This document shows, piece after piece, positions 19,165 to 29,225 of a stretch of DNA of 60,983 bases (positions within the stretch are counted from its first letter, which is position 1; each line of letters opens with the position of its first letter). Both the position numbers and the translations under genes were made by a program. This stretch comes from Candidatus Omnitrophota bacterium (lineage in GTDB: Bacteria; Omnitrophota; Gorgyraeia; Zapsychrales; Zapsychraceae). The notes under the pieces were generated by a model that saw only the letters and a list, made by a program, of their open reading frames with translations, had not been told where the DNA came from and did no database searches. The stretch is taken from assembly GCA_015233115.1 (NCBI GenBank), contig JADFYJ010000016.1:499-61481 (forward strand). The letters are read 5' to 3'.

Positions 19165-20505
19165 CTATTCGATATTTGTTATTTTTATGATTTCTTCTAC
19201 AAATCGTAGCACATGGGCATCTATCAGTATATCTTTTTTTGCAATAGGGCGCTTTAAAATAATCCCTTCAAAATGCGTGCATCGGCTTAACGCGACATAA
19301 ATCTGTCCGCACGCGAACGCGCCCCATCCAACGTCAACGATCACTTTTGAAAAAGTTTTTCCCTGGCTTTTGTGTATGGTCACAGCCCAGGCCAGACGCA
19401 GGGGATATTGTTTGAACAGGCCCACACTTTCCGATTGCAAACGGTCTAATTCTTCATCGTAATAAAAACGATACATGTCCCATTGATGCGGATTTACATC
19501 AACGATCCGGCCGTCTTCCAATTCGACCACAACTTTGTCTTCTTCATCCGCAATTCTGATCACCCGGCCCACAGTTCCGTTCACCCACCGGCTTTCCGGA
19601 TCATTATTCAGCATCATCACTTGCGCGCCGACCTTTAATTCAAGGTCTTCTTTCGTGGGATAACTTTTCGGATCAAACTTGCCGGAAACTTCCGCGGAAA
19701 ACCGGCGTTTAGGGCCGATGAGCTTAGAGAGCTCTTTTTCATTCACTTCGTCGGCCAGCCGGTTAGTCGTAGTTAAATATATAAAAAAATCATTATCCGG
19801 CGGGACAAAATCACGGGCCACCCGGCTGTTGATCAGGTTCATATCCTCTCCACTCAATTTCCCTTCGCGGATATGTGCCAAAAGCTGAATAAAATCATCA
19901 TCTTTTTGACGGTAAATTTTGTCCAGTTCAATAAAATTAATCTTTTTTTCCTTGATCAAATCCTGGAACACTTTTGAATCAAAAAAATACGCGCTTTTGT
20001 AGGACGATTTAAAAATGGATTCCTCAGGGGAACTCACCACCGGCGGAAGCTGTAACAGGTCGCCGATAAAAACCATTTGCACTCCACCAAACGGCAGATC
20101 AGGGTTTTTGCCAAAAGCGCGCAAGAAATTATCCACGCAGTCCAAAAGATCTGCTCTCACCATGGATATTTCATCAATGACAATAGTTTCTAAATTCTTG
20201 TATAATTCTTTTTGCGCTTTGCGCAGGCGGATATCATAAACACTCTCGGGAGTGGTGTCTGGCCTCAGGCAAAAAAACGAATGGATGGTCTGCCCTTGAA
20301 TATTGACCGCGGCTACTCCGGTGGGAGCTAACACCACGGCATTTTTCAGAGTGTGTTCTCGGAAATATTTCAGCAGAGTGGATTTTCCCGTTCCGGCTTT
20401 CCCGGTAATGAGGGCATTTTGGCTGGTATTTTCCAGCAGATCAATAGTAAAAACAAACCGCTCGTTAAACTCGAGCGGTTCGCGAAAAGTCGATTTTAAA
20501 ATCAT
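19165..20505 (-). CDS. Pif1-family (SF1B) DNA helicase
   Basis: GKAGTGKS, APTGVAA, DEISMV, GDLLQLPPV, YRQ, QYPLRLAWAVTIHKSQG, GQIYVALSR. Confidence 0.9.
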   Translation of the reverse strand: MILKSTFREPLEFNERFVFTIDLLENTSQNALITGKAGTGKSTLLKYFREHTLKNAVVLAPTGVAAVNIQGQTIHSFFCLRPDTTPESVYDIRLRKAQKELYKNLETIVIDEISMVRADLLDCVDNFLRAFGKNPDLPFGGVQMVFIGDLLQLPPVVSSPEESIFKSSYKSAYFFDSKVFQDLIKEKKINFIELDKIYRQKDDDFIQLLAHIREGKLSGEDMNLINSRVARDFVPPDNDFFIYLTTTNRLADEVNEKELSKLIGPKRRFSAEVSGKFDPKSYPTKEDLELKVGAQVMMLNNDPESRWVNGTVGRVIRIADEEDKVVVELEDGRIVDVNPHQWDMYRFYYDEELDRLQSESVGLFKQYPLRLAWAVTIHKSQGKTFSKVIVDVGWGAFACGQIYVALSRCTHFEGIILKRPIAKKDILIDAHVLRFVEEIIKITNIE

Positions 20506-20539
20506 ATATTATTTTCTAGTGTCTGATCTCCACTATTGG

Positions 20540-21028
20540 TTATTCTTCTAATATTCCAGCTAAATAAAGCAAAATGTTGTGATCTGTGACCAGGCCTTTA
20601 ACTTTCATCTTTTCATCCACAATAGGAATACAAGATAAATTTTTTTGTGCTATATCGATCAGGGCTGTTGTCATCTTATCTTCCGGATGTAAAAAATATG
20701 GATTTTTTTTCATGACATATTCGAGAATATAACGATCCAAAGAGGATTTATCATACAAACCATCCGCTCCATCCGTCATTAATCCGGAATCATAAAGCAC
20801 ATCATCGCTCAGAAGCTTACGCGGAGATTGCGTCCGATACAAATATTTATGGCTAAATGTTCCGACCAGCCGGTGACTGCGGTCAATGACAACTAAATGA
20901 CTAATATTGTACGAAGAAAATTTAGTTAAAGCATCACTCAAATTTTCATCCGAATAAATTGTCACCACCGGAGTCCGCATAATATCCCGGACTTTCAAAT
21001 TTTCAAATATCTTTTGAAACTGCTCCAT
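20540..21028 (-). CDS. CBS-domain protein
   Basis: KVRDIMRTPVVT, ISHLVVID, VMKKNP, CIPIVD..VKGLVT. Start moved to ATG 21028. Confidence 0.85.
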   Translation of the reverse strand: MEQFQKIFENLKVRDIMRTPVVTIYSDENLSDALTKFSSYNISHLVVIDRSHRLVGTFSHKYLYRTQSPRKLLSDDVLYDSGLMTDGADGLYDKSSLDRYILEYVMKKNPYFLHPEDKMTTALIDIAQKNLSCIPIVDEKMKVKGLVTDHNILLYLAGILEE

Positions 21029-21047
21029 AAATTTTTTTCCCTTATCT

Positions 21048-21422
21048 TTACATATATGATTTAGCACTGCGTTTTTTGACCACAATTTTTTCATCTTTAG
21101 GAATAGATGTACCGCAGCATCCCGATTTTTCGCATGAACCATTATTCGCTGGTTTGACGATTGCCTCGGTATTAATCGGTTTTACGCATGACTCGGTACT
21201 GGCTGGTTTAGCACAGCATTCTGCCGGTTTACCATTTTTCTTTAAATCAGGTTTAAAATACGCAATCCATCCGTCCGCGTAATTATCCAGCCAATCCTGT
21301 TTGGCTTTTTCAAAACCAATATCATACCCTTTTTTTTCACTTTCCAGCCAAAGATGCCGTTTGATCTCTTCGATCACCGCCGGAAGTTGTAGTAATTGTT
21401 TTTCATCAAAATTACGTGCCAC
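21048..21422 (-). CDS. DUF4032-like protein with a Cys-rich C-terminal tail
   Basis: EEIKRHLWLESEKKGYDIGFEKAKQDW. GTG start with AGGAGG RBS. Confidence 0.65.
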   Translation of the reverse strand: MARNFDEKQLLQLPAVIEEIKRHLWLESEKKGYDIGFEKAKQDWLDNYADGWIAYFKPDLKKNGKPAECCAKPASTESCVKPINTEAIVKPANNGSCEKSGCCGTSIPKDEKIVVKKRSAKSYM

Positions 21423-21470
21423 GTGAACCCTCCTTGTTTATAAGTAAAAAATCAAATATTCGTTTTTAAA

Positions 21471-23951
21471 TTATCGTGCCGGTACTTTCCATATTTCTTT
21501 AGCATACTCACCAATGGTCCGATCGCTGGAAAACATGCCTGACCTCGCCACGTTCATGATGGATTTTGCATTCCACCCGTCTTTATCCTGATACTGCTTG
21601 GACACCACGTCTTGCATTTTTAAGTACGCATCAAAATCCGCGCAGACCATATAATGATCATTATAAAAAATATTCTGCACGATTGGATCAAAAATCCCTA
21701 ATTCATATTGCGAAAAGAAATTATCTGATAATAACCCGTTAATTTCTTTTAATATCGGTGAACGCTGAACAAAATCCTGCGGATGATATCCCTGTTGTTT
21801 GAGCGCATCCACTTCTGGTGTCTTCATCCCGAAAATAAAGATATCATCTTTATTGAGCGCTTCCGCCATCTCGACATTCGCGCCATCCAAAGTCCCAATG
21901 GTTAAAGCGCCGTTCATCATGAACTTCATGTTCCCAGTGCCGGACGCTTCCGTACCTGCCGTTGATATCTGCTCAGATAACTCGCTGGCTGGAAAGATTT
22001 TTTCCGCCAAGGAAACCCGGTAATTCTCCAAAAAGATCAGTTTAATCTTATCGGACACGGATTTATCGTTATTGATCACGCACGACACATTATTGATAAA
22101 CTTGATGATCAATTTTGCCATAAAATAACCCGGTGCCGCTTTTCCTCCGAGCATAAAGGTGCGAGGCTGGACAAACGCTTTCGGATTATGTTTGATCTTT
22201 AAATACTCCGAAATAATGTAGAAGGTAAATAACAACTGACGCTTATACTCATGGATTCTTTTGACCTGAATATCAAACATCGAATACGGGTCAATTTGCA
22301 CCCCGGTGGTCTTTAAAATATAATCCGCAAAATCTTTTTTATTCGCAACCTTTACTTCTGCCCACTGATCCCGGAAAGTTTTTTTCTCTCTAAATTTTTC
22401 TAATTTCTTAATCTCACTCATGTCTGTTGCCCAGCCGTCACCAATAGCTTCGTTGATGACTTTACACAAGCGCGGATTCGCTTTCAGGAGCCAGCGGCGG
22501 GGATTGATCCCGTTTGTTTTATTGTTAAACTTATTGGGATCCATGTCATAAAAATCTTTAAACAATCTTTCCTTTAACAAATCCGAATGAAGGCGGGATA
22601 CTCCATTAACAGAATGGCTTCCCACAATGCATAAATTCGCCATGCGGATTCTTTTTTCCCCGTCTTCAGCGACTAAGGACATTCTTTCCACTTTCGCAGG
22701 GTCATTAATATAACGGCGGTGCACTTCATCTAAAAACCGGGCATTAATCTCATAAATGATCTGCAAATGCCGGGGCAAAACTCTCTGCAAGAGTTCCACG
22801 GACCAGCATTCAAGGGCTTCAGGCATTAATGTATGATTGGTGTACGCGAACGTTTTTTGAGTGGCTTGCCAGGCAGAGTCCCAATCAATGTTATACTCAT
22901 CGATCAAAACCCGCATCAGCTCAGCTATCGCCAAAGCAGGATGAGTATCATTCAGCTGAATGGCTGCTTGATCCGGCAATTTCGTAAGATCTTTATTTTC
23001 CGAGAAATACCGGCGGATAATATCCCTAATAGACGCGGCTGTAAAGAAATATTCCTGCTTTAAACGCAATTCTTTTCCAAAGCTTTGCTTATCGTTCGGA
23101 TAAAGCACTTTGGAAATATTTTCAGAAAAAATCTTTCGATAAACCGCCTGTTCGTAATCCCCGTTATTGAAATAATCAAAATCAAATTCTTCCGTACTGC
23201 GCGCTGACCACAAACGCAAAGTATTCACTATGTCATTCTTATATCCGACAATCGGCGTATCATAAGGTACGGCTAATATATCCTGCGTATCTACCCAGGT
23301 TTGTCGCATAACACCTTTATCATCTTTCCTTGGTTCAACCCGGCCATAAAACTTAATCTTTACTGTATATTCTGGACGCGGAAATTCCCATGGACAGCCG
23401 TGACGCAGCCATTCATCCGGAATTTCAACCTGATTACCGTTGATGATCTTCTGATGAAAAATACCATAATCATAACGGATTCCATAACCATGAGCCGGAA
23501 TATCTAAACTCGCCATCGATTCCAAGAAACACGCGGCTAAACGTCCTAAACCGCCATTACCCAAACCAGCATCTACCTCTTCTTCGCGCAATTCTTCCAG
23601 TTTATATCCCAAGGTTTCCAGCGATTCCTTACTTTCATTTTCAATCCCTAAATTGTAAAGGTACATTCCCAGTAAACGTCCAATTAAAAATTCCATGGAA
23701 AAGTAGTAAACACGCTTTAAATTATTTTTGTGGTAATATTGCTGAGTTTCAATCCAGCGTTCGACAATGCGGTCCCGGATGGATAAAGCCAAACCCCAAT
23801 AATTATCCCGCTGAGTAGCTGTGTATTGGTCCTTGGCTAAAACATATTCACGGTTAGCCTTGAAAGAAAGCTCTAAACCATGAACAGACATGTCTTTATA
23901 GATATTTAACCAATCGTGTTGATTTTCCGCGACTTTACGTACTCTTGCCAT
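21471..23951 (-). CDS. glgP: Glycogen/alpha-glucan phosphorylase
   Basis: GLGNGGLGRLAACF, IQLNDTHP, KRIHEYKRQ, PLP-lysine motif EASGTGNMKF. Confidence 0.97.
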   Translation of the reverse strand: MARVRKVAENQHDWLNIYKDMSVHGLELSFKANREYVLAKDQYTATQRDNYWGLALSIRDRIVERWIETQQYYHKNNLKRVYYFSMEFLIGRLLGMYLYNLGIENESKESLETLGYKLEELREEEVDAGLGNGGLGRLAACFLESMASLDIPAHGYGIRYDYGIFHQKIINGNQVEIPDEWLRHGCPWEFPRPEYTVKIKFYGRVEPRKDDKGVMRQTWVDTQDILAVPYDTPIVGYKNDIVNTLRLWSARSTEEFDFDYFNNGDYEQAVYRKIFSENISKVLYPNDKQSFGKELRLKQEYFFTAASIRDIIRRYFSENKDLTKLPDQAAIQLNDTHPALAIAELMRVLIDEYNIDWDSAWQATQKTFAYTNHTLMPEALECWSVELLQRVLPRHLQIIYEINARFLDEVHRRYINDPAKVERMSLVAEDGEKRIRMANLCIVGSHSVNGVSRLHSDLLKERLFKDFYDMDPNKFNNKTNGINPRRWLLKANPRLCKVINEAIGDGWATDMSEIKKLEKFREKKTFRDQWAEVKVANKKDFADYILKTTGVQIDPYSMFDIQVKRIHEYKRQLLFTFYIISEYLKIKHNPKAFVQPRTFMLGGKAAPGYFMAKLIIKFINNVSCVINNDKSVSDKIKLIFLENYRVSLAEKIFPASELSEQISTAGTEASGTGNMKFMMNGALTIGTLDGANVEMAEALNKDDIFIFGMKTPEVDALKQQGYHPQDFVQRSPILKEINGLLSDNFFSQYELGIFDPIVQNIFYNDHYMVCADFDAYLKMQDVVSKQYQDKDGWNAKSIMNVARSGMFSSDRTIGEYAKEIWKVPAR

Positions 23952-23971
23952 ATTTTCCCCCTATTGTTGCG

Positions 23972-24451
23972 CTAATTTTTTGCTTTTTGCATCAGAATCC
24001 GATATTTCCCAAAAACCGACTCCAAGACCGAACTCCACTCCAAATGATACTTCTCATCAAAATAAACCGTGTTACTGACTGGCTGATTATTTACTACCAC
24101 TAATTGCACCCCAATATCGTATTTTCGATGATCTCCTGAGGAAGCTAACGGCGCAACCCAGCGGACTTCCCCCTGCATTTGCACTTGATCAGCATCTTTG
24201 GGTAAAAAAACATTCAAATTTAAACAATCGCCTATCTTAAGATCAGTATCAGCGGTAAAACATAATCCTTCAACGCTCATATTTTTAATTAAACCATTAA
24301 AAGGCGTCCCACTGGCCTGATTGCTCCATTTATCAAATTTCTGAAAAATGACTTTAGTCGCAATTTCATAGAGAAAATGCGATCCTAATTTCTCTTGAAT
24401 CGAATGCCGGGGATGAATTCTGCGGTCACTCTGCTGAGATGCCATATTCAT
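23972..24451 (-). CDS. Stand-alone PilZ-domain protein
   Basis: DRRIHPR (RxxxR), NMSVEGL (D/NxSxxG), GEVRW, IGVQL. Confidence 0.8.
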   Translation of the reverse strand: MNMASQQSDRRIHPRHSIQEKLGSHFLYEIATKVIFQKFDKWSNQASGTPFNGLIKNMSVEGLCFTADTDLKIGDCLNLNVFLPKDADQVQMQGEVRWVAPLASSGDHRKYDIGVQLVVVNNQPVSNTVYFDEKYHLEWSSVLESVFGKYRILMQKAKN

Positions 24452-24506
24452 ACGGTCATCTTTCAAAAATTATTAAAATAAAATTTATGTCCTAAGTGTA
24501 CATCAT

Positions 24507-24534
24507 ATTTTAAATGAGAATAGGTTTATGTCAA
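24507..24534 (-). promoter_or_regulatory. Putative sigma70 promoter upstream of pilZ-glgP
   Basis: TTGACA (24534-24529), 16-nt spacer, TAAAAT (24512-24507). Confidence 0.55.
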
Positions 24535-24589
24535 GTTAAATACTTGTCGTATAAGAACTTGGGACACAAAACTAATTTTAAATTATTTC

Positions 24590-24674
24590 TGGTTGATAGT
24601 TAATGGTTTTTAGTTTTTGGAAAAAGCAAATCTTTTCAACAACCAAAAACCAACAACCAACAACTAAAAACTAA
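24590..24674. repeat. Inverted pair of 7-mer arrays (GTTKTTR / YAAMAAC)
   Basis: gttgata gttaatg gttttta gtttttg ... caacaac caaaaac caacaac caacaac taaaaac, with a 16-bp spacer. Confidence 0.85.
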
Positions 24675-24685
24675 TATATGTTTAT

Positions 24686-25336
24686 TTATTCTTCTCCTGT
24701 TAATTCTCGAATAACTCCTGCTTCAGCCTGTTGTTTGACGTAAACTCCGTCATATTTTCTAAACCAGTAGTTCCGGCTAAAAAATTTTGCCCATCCTTCC
24801 GGAGCCCACCAAATTTGGTAACATTCCATTTTTTGACCGTTAACTTCAATAATATCAATGCCTTTCTTAACTGTTTTCATTTTTAAAAAATCTAAATTAT
24901 CAGACCTGACACCCCAAAATATCAAAGAATTTTCCTGGGACAACGCAAAACCCATCAGCCCTAATTTGGGGTTGAAATAAAAAGGCCGAGCATCAATGTT
25001 AATCACTTTTGATATAGACCGTCCTTTAAACATTCCAGTTATAACTATTTTATTTCCAATACGTTCCCCTTTGTACTCCGTATTATCCCCGGTGATTTTA
25101 ACAGCCCAGGACAAGGTAGCATAATTGGGATCTAAGACATATTCTTCATCTTCAACCCGATCTTTAATCTTACGCTGCCACTGAACCCGCCTGGACGAAT
25201 CCTTGAGCGGTCCGATGGCACATGAAAATTCATTAATGATACCTTTCGCGCTAAACGAGCGATAATGATAGGTCTTGGCCCACACCGGAACCGCGCAGGT
25301 CAGCATAAACAGCATTAAAAAGATTTTTTTTATCAT
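24686..25336 (-). CDS. Exported hypothetical protein
   Basis: Clear signal peptide (AVPVWA|K), 216 aa, beta-rich composition. Confidence 0.7.
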   Translation of the reverse strand: MIKKIFLMLFMLTCAVPVWAKTYHYRSFSAKGIINEFSCAIGPLKDSSRRVQWQRKIKDRVEDEEYVLDPNYATLSWAVKITGDNTEYKGERIGNKIVITGMFKGRSISKVINIDARPFYFNPKLGLMGFALSQENSLIFWGVRSDNLDFLKMKTVKKGIDIIEVNGQKMECYQIWWAPEGWAKFFSRNYWFRKYDGVYVKQQAEAGVIRELTGEE

Positions 25337-25378
25337 GGATTGACTTTTACCGAAAATAATTTAATACTAATGTTAAAT

Positions 25379-26200
25379 ATGAAACTTGAAAATTTATATA
25401 TTTCCTTGATCTGTATATTCGCATTAAGCGGCTGTAGTGTCAAAAACTATCTGTTCAATTATAGCCAGCCCAACCGCCCCCGTTTTGCCCAACTCAACAC
25501 GTTCACTCCTCCTTCAGAAATTAAAGATACGATCAAAGTCGTTTCCTATAATATCAAATTCTCGCGAAAAATCGAACTAGCCATCCAATTACTGACTACT
25601 GATCCGGACTTAAAGAACGCGGATATTTTATTATTACAAGAAATGGATGAAACCGGGGCACAAACAATTGCCCTCGCTTTAAAATGCAATTACGTTTATT
25701 ATCCAGCCGTGATCTACCCACGTAAAGGAAAAGATTTTGGTAATGCTATTCTTTCCAAATGGGAAATGTCTGATGATGAAAAAATTATTTTGCCAAACTT
25801 TTCCATCAATCAACGTGAACGGATAGCCGTTGGAGCGACAATCCAAATCCAAGATAAAAAAATCCGGGTCTATTGTGTGCATTTAGGAGTTTTTGTTAAA
25901 CCCACAGACCGTAAAATGAGAATTTCCCGGGTAGTGGATAGAATACCCGCGGACATAAAATATGCCGTTATAGGAGGAGATTTTAACAGTTTTACTAAAA
26001 AAGACCGCAAAGAAATCAATGAAGCATTCACAAAAAATAATTTTGATAACAGCACTTCCGGCATTGGGTGGACGCATGCCTTAGGCAAAAAAATCCAGCT
26101 CGATCATATCTACACCAAAGGCTTTACGGTTGTATCAAAAGGAAAAGTTATCAATAGAAAGCCGAGCGATCATTTGCCGGTATGGATAGAAATTAAATAA
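25379..26200 (+). CDS. Endonuclease/exonuclease/phosphatase-family lipoprotein
   Basis: Lipobox LSGC, VVSYNI, LLLQE, GNAILSK, VHL, GGDFN, LDHIY, SDHLPV. Start uncertain (25340/25370/25379). Confidence 0.88.
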   Translation: MKLENLYISLICIFALSGCSVKNYLFNYSQPNRPRFAQLNTFTPPSEIKDTIKVVSYNIKFSRKIELAIQLLTTDPDLKNADILLLQEMDETGAQTIALALKCNYVYYPAVIYPRKGKDFGNAILSKWEMSDDEKIILPNFSINQRERIAVGATIQIQDKKIRVYCVHLGVFVKPTDRKMRISRVVDRIPADIKYAVIGGDFNSFTKKDRKEINEAFTKNNFDNSTSGIGWTHALGKKIQLDHIYTKGFTVVSKGKVINRKPSDHLPVWIEIK

Positions 26201-28016
26201 GCGGCTTGGCAAGACCGACAAAGGCCTTTAACAAAATAACCTGAACTTGCCCTTGCGTTACCGGGACTTCGGGGAATTGTCCGACTTCATGGTAGTTTTG
26301 ATAAAAACGTTTATCATAAAAAGGCACAGGATCTGCACCATCTTTGAGCTCGAACATGGCAATATGTTGAAACGGCCACACATCGCCAATAGGCAGGGTC
26401 GTCATGACTTTATCGACAATCATATTTAGCTGTTTGATAATAGGAAAACCTGATTTACGTCCCACCACCCAGCTGTTGCCTAGAGCAATATCTAGATCCA
26501 TATTTTCTTTCAACGCGCGGGTAAACGCCTCATCCCAGACGATCAAACCTGCCTCCGTATTCAAATGCGCGGAACGCGGATCCAAATTGAATGATCCCAC
26601 CCAGGCAATTTTATCATCAATGACAAAAGATTTAGCGTGGAGGCAGACATGACGCTTGTTCTGCGGCAAGGTTATCGAATCAACAGCCCATTCCAGAAGA
26701 GAGTCCTTATGTGAAGGAAAAAATTCTTCAGGATGCTGATTATAATCGGGAAGCATGGAGGAAATATCTTTTGGGACAGGTTTTAATTCAAAAATCCGAA
26801 AATGTAACGCATCCACAAAAAAACTTTTTTGTTTATAAGACTGCGCGTAGGCCGTGATGTGATCTGTCGCAGCCAGGCTATTGGTCGATATGAGAATATC
26901 CAAACCCTTATTTTGCTTTTGAATTTTTCTAATGCCTTTCACTAAATAAGTGTCTAAGATGAGATACGGCGTTTGAAAAATAATTTGCTTCTGCGCTTTG
27001 CCCATAATATCTAACAATTCTTCTGTTGCCCGGCTGCCGGTTGCGCACCCTGGCAGTTTGTTTTTTCCTGGAAGATCAACGGACAATTTCACATGCTCGA
27101 CGCGAAAAGCTTTTTGGACAAAATGCTGTTCAATAAATTGAGGCGCAGCAAGTTGGTCCTCAAAATCTTTAAACAAATTGCCAAATTCAAAAGTTTTATC
27201 TGTAATTTTAGATAGATAATTTTTATTTTTAATCAACGCATCAATATCCGTCATATCTTTTGCACTAACCGATTGTTGAAAAGCCCAATATTTAGTGAAT
27301 GAATCGGTCATCTGCTTTACGACCGGACCGACTAACAGGACATCCCGATCTTTAAAATTTCGAAACCGATTTAAGTCAAAATAATCATTCTGATAATTAC
27401 GGCCGCCCATGATCGCGATCTGATCATCCATGATCAAAGTTTTATTGTGCATCCGTTTGTTCATATCATCGAAACGAAAAGCGCATTGTCCGGCCATTTG
27501 CAGAGCCAAAGGATTAATCCGTTTCACATGCGGATTATAAAATTTCACTTCTAAATTCGGGCTGACATCGGCAAAATACGCCCAAAAATCCAAATCTTTA
27601 TTCGCGCCTAAGGCATCAATCAATACCCGCACTTTAACTCCGCGCTGAGCCGCAGCAACCAGTTCTTTCATGAAAAACCTGCCGGTTTCATCTTTGTCCC
27701 AAATATAAGTCTGCAATAAAATATATTTTTTAGCATTCCGGATCAAGTGCACCCTCGCCCAAAACGCGTCCTCGCCAGTATTGAGCAAGTTTACATAATG
27801 GGGGGCAAATCCTGCCATAACAGGAACCTGACCGTTAAATGTTTCATCGACTAACCGGCTATACGCCGAATTCTCATAAGAAATTTTCTCATAAACATGC
27901 AGGTCTTCAAAAGCGCAAAACATATTCTTCCCCTGCCCTATCCCCAAAAAAGAACAGGAAGAAATAAAAGTTGCAACCAAAACTGTCAGGAAAATTTTTA
28001 ACAAATGTTTTTGCAT
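26193..28016 (-). CDS. Phospholipase D / cardiolipin synthase (ClsC-like) lipoprotein
   Basis: Two HKD motifs (RMHNKTLIMD, LHAKSFVID), GGRN, GSFNLDPRS, lipobox ISSC. Start moved to ATG 28016. Confidence 0.9.
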   Translation of the reverse strand: MQKHLLKIFLTVLVATFISSCSFLGIGQGKNMFCAFEDLHVYEKISYENSAYSRLVDETFNGQVPVMAGFAPHYVNLLNTGEDAFWARVHLIRNAKKYILLQTYIWDKDETGRFFMKELVAAAQRGVKVRVLIDALGANKDLDFWAYFADVSPNLEVKFYNPHVKRINPLALQMAGQCAFRFDDMNKRMHNKTLIMDDQIAIMGGRNYQNDYFDLNRFRNFKDRDVLLVGPVVKQMTDSFTKYWAFQQSVSAKDMTDIDALIKNKNYLSKITDKTFEFGNLFKDFEDQLAAPQFIEQHFVQKAFRVEHVKLSVDLPGKNKLPGCATGSRATEELLDIMGKAQKQIIFQTPYLILDTYLVKGIRKIQKQNKGLDILISTNSLAATDHITAYAQSYKQKSFFVDALHFRIFELKPVPKDISSMLPDYNQHPEEFFPSHKDSLLEWAVDSITLPQNKRHVCLHAKSFVIDDKIAWVGSFNLDPRSAHLNTEAGLIVWDEAFTRALKENMDLDIALGNSWVVGRKSGFPIIKQLNMIVDKVMTTLPIGDVWPFQHIAMFELKDGADPVPFYDKRFYQNYHEVGQFPEVPVTQGQVQVILLKAFVGLAKPLI

Positions 28017-28019
28017 ATT

Positions 28020-28051
28020 TACTTTGTACTCTGTACTCTCTACTCTGTACT
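28020..28051. repeat. Solo 7-mer array (TACTCTG)
   Basis: tactttg tactctg tactctc tactctg tact, 7 nt after the dinB stop codon. Confidence 0.75.
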
Positions 28052-28058
28052 TTTTCAA

Positions 28059-29219
28059 TTATCCACGCTTTATCGCGCCTTCACCAAATTTATTTTTTAT
28101 TTTATCAACGGCCAAATGGACACGTTCTTTTTTAAGGCTGCCGGGTTTTTCAAACAAACTGTCTTGCACGAACAGGTCTTCAAAATTTGATACTTTAACC
28201 CCCAAAAGCCGAATCACTTCCCGCCCGCCGATAGAAGCATAAAATTCGTCAAACAATTCTTTCGCAGGGTGATAAATATCATCAAAATAATTAGTCCGCC
28301 GATCCAGGGTCCGCGCCCGAGTCACGGTTTTAAACCCACCGGTACGGATCTTTACAGTTAATGTTTTTCCTTTTAAATCATCCTGCCGTAAACGGTATGA
28401 CACTTTTTCAGCCAGCCAGGAAAGCGTCTGGTGCAAAATATTTATATCCCGGGTATCTTCATCAAACGTGTGCTCATTGCTCACGGATTTCACTTCATGA
28501 TCTAAAGTCACTTCCCGGTAATCGCGGCCATGAGCTAATTCATAAAGAGCCAGGCCGTGCTCCCCCAAGCGGTGATGCAATTGCTCTAAAGAAGCGTGCG
28601 CAATATCACCAACTGTAAACATGCCCAGCCGGTTCAATGTCTCTTTGGTTTTTTCACCCACGCCCCAAATCTTATTGACAGACAAAGGCCACAAAAAATC
28701 CAAAAGTTTTCCCGCGGTAATTTCTAATAGTCCATCCGGCTTGCAATAGTCTGAGGCAATCTTCGCGATCATTTTATTCGGAGCTATGCCGACCGAACAA
28801 TTGAGATTCAAATCTTTTTTTATACGGTCCTTAATAGTTTGCCCGACGGATAACGGCGTTTTCCATAAATGGTATGAGCCGGTAATGTCTAAAAAAGCCT
28901 CATCAATACTCACCGGTTCCACATCAGGAGTAAAATCACGCAAAATGGTAAACACTTGTTCTGAAACTTCGCTATATTTATTCATATCCGGATGCAAATA
29001 AAATCCTGCCGGACATTTCCGGTACGCCAAAGAAATCGGCATGGCGGAATGAACGCCAAATTTACGCGCCTCATACGAGCAAGTTGAAACGACTCCCCGG
29101 CCCTTCCCGCCCATTGGATCCGCGCCGATAATTACGGGTTTTCCTCGCAACGCGGGATTATCCCGCTGTTCTACGGCAGCAAAAAAGGCGTCCATGTCGA
29201 CATGAAGAATAAATTTCAT
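28059..29219 (-). CDS. dinB: DNA polymerase IV (Y family)
   Basis: HVDMDAFFAAVEQ, SYEARKFGVHSAM, SIDEAFLD, AKIASD..KPDG, WGVG. Confidence 0.96.
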   Translation of the reverse strand: MKFILHVDMDAFFAAVEQRDNPALRGKPVIIGADPMGGKGRGVVSTCSYEARKFGVHSAMPISLAYRKCPAGFYLHPDMNKYSEVSEQVFTILRDFTPDVEPVSIDEAFLDITGSYHLWKTPLSVGQTIKDRIKKDLNLNCSVGIAPNKMIAKIASDYCKPDGLLEITAGKLLDFLWPLSVNKIWGVGEKTKETLNRLGMFTVGDIAHASLEQLHHRLGEHGLALYELAHGRDYREVTLDHEVKSVSNEHTFDEDTRDINILHQTLSWLAEKVSYRLRQDDLKGKTLTVKIRTGGFKTVTRARTLDRRTNYFDDIYHPAKELFDEFYASIGGREVIRLLGVKVSNFEDLFVQDSLFEKPGSLKKERVHLAVDKIKNKFGEGAIKRG

Positions 29220-29225
29220 ACATCT

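Noticed and set aside
24537-24561. Loose palindrome taaatacttg-tcgta-taagaacttg as a protein-binding site
   Set aside because: Too degenerate, with no convincing second copy in the window.
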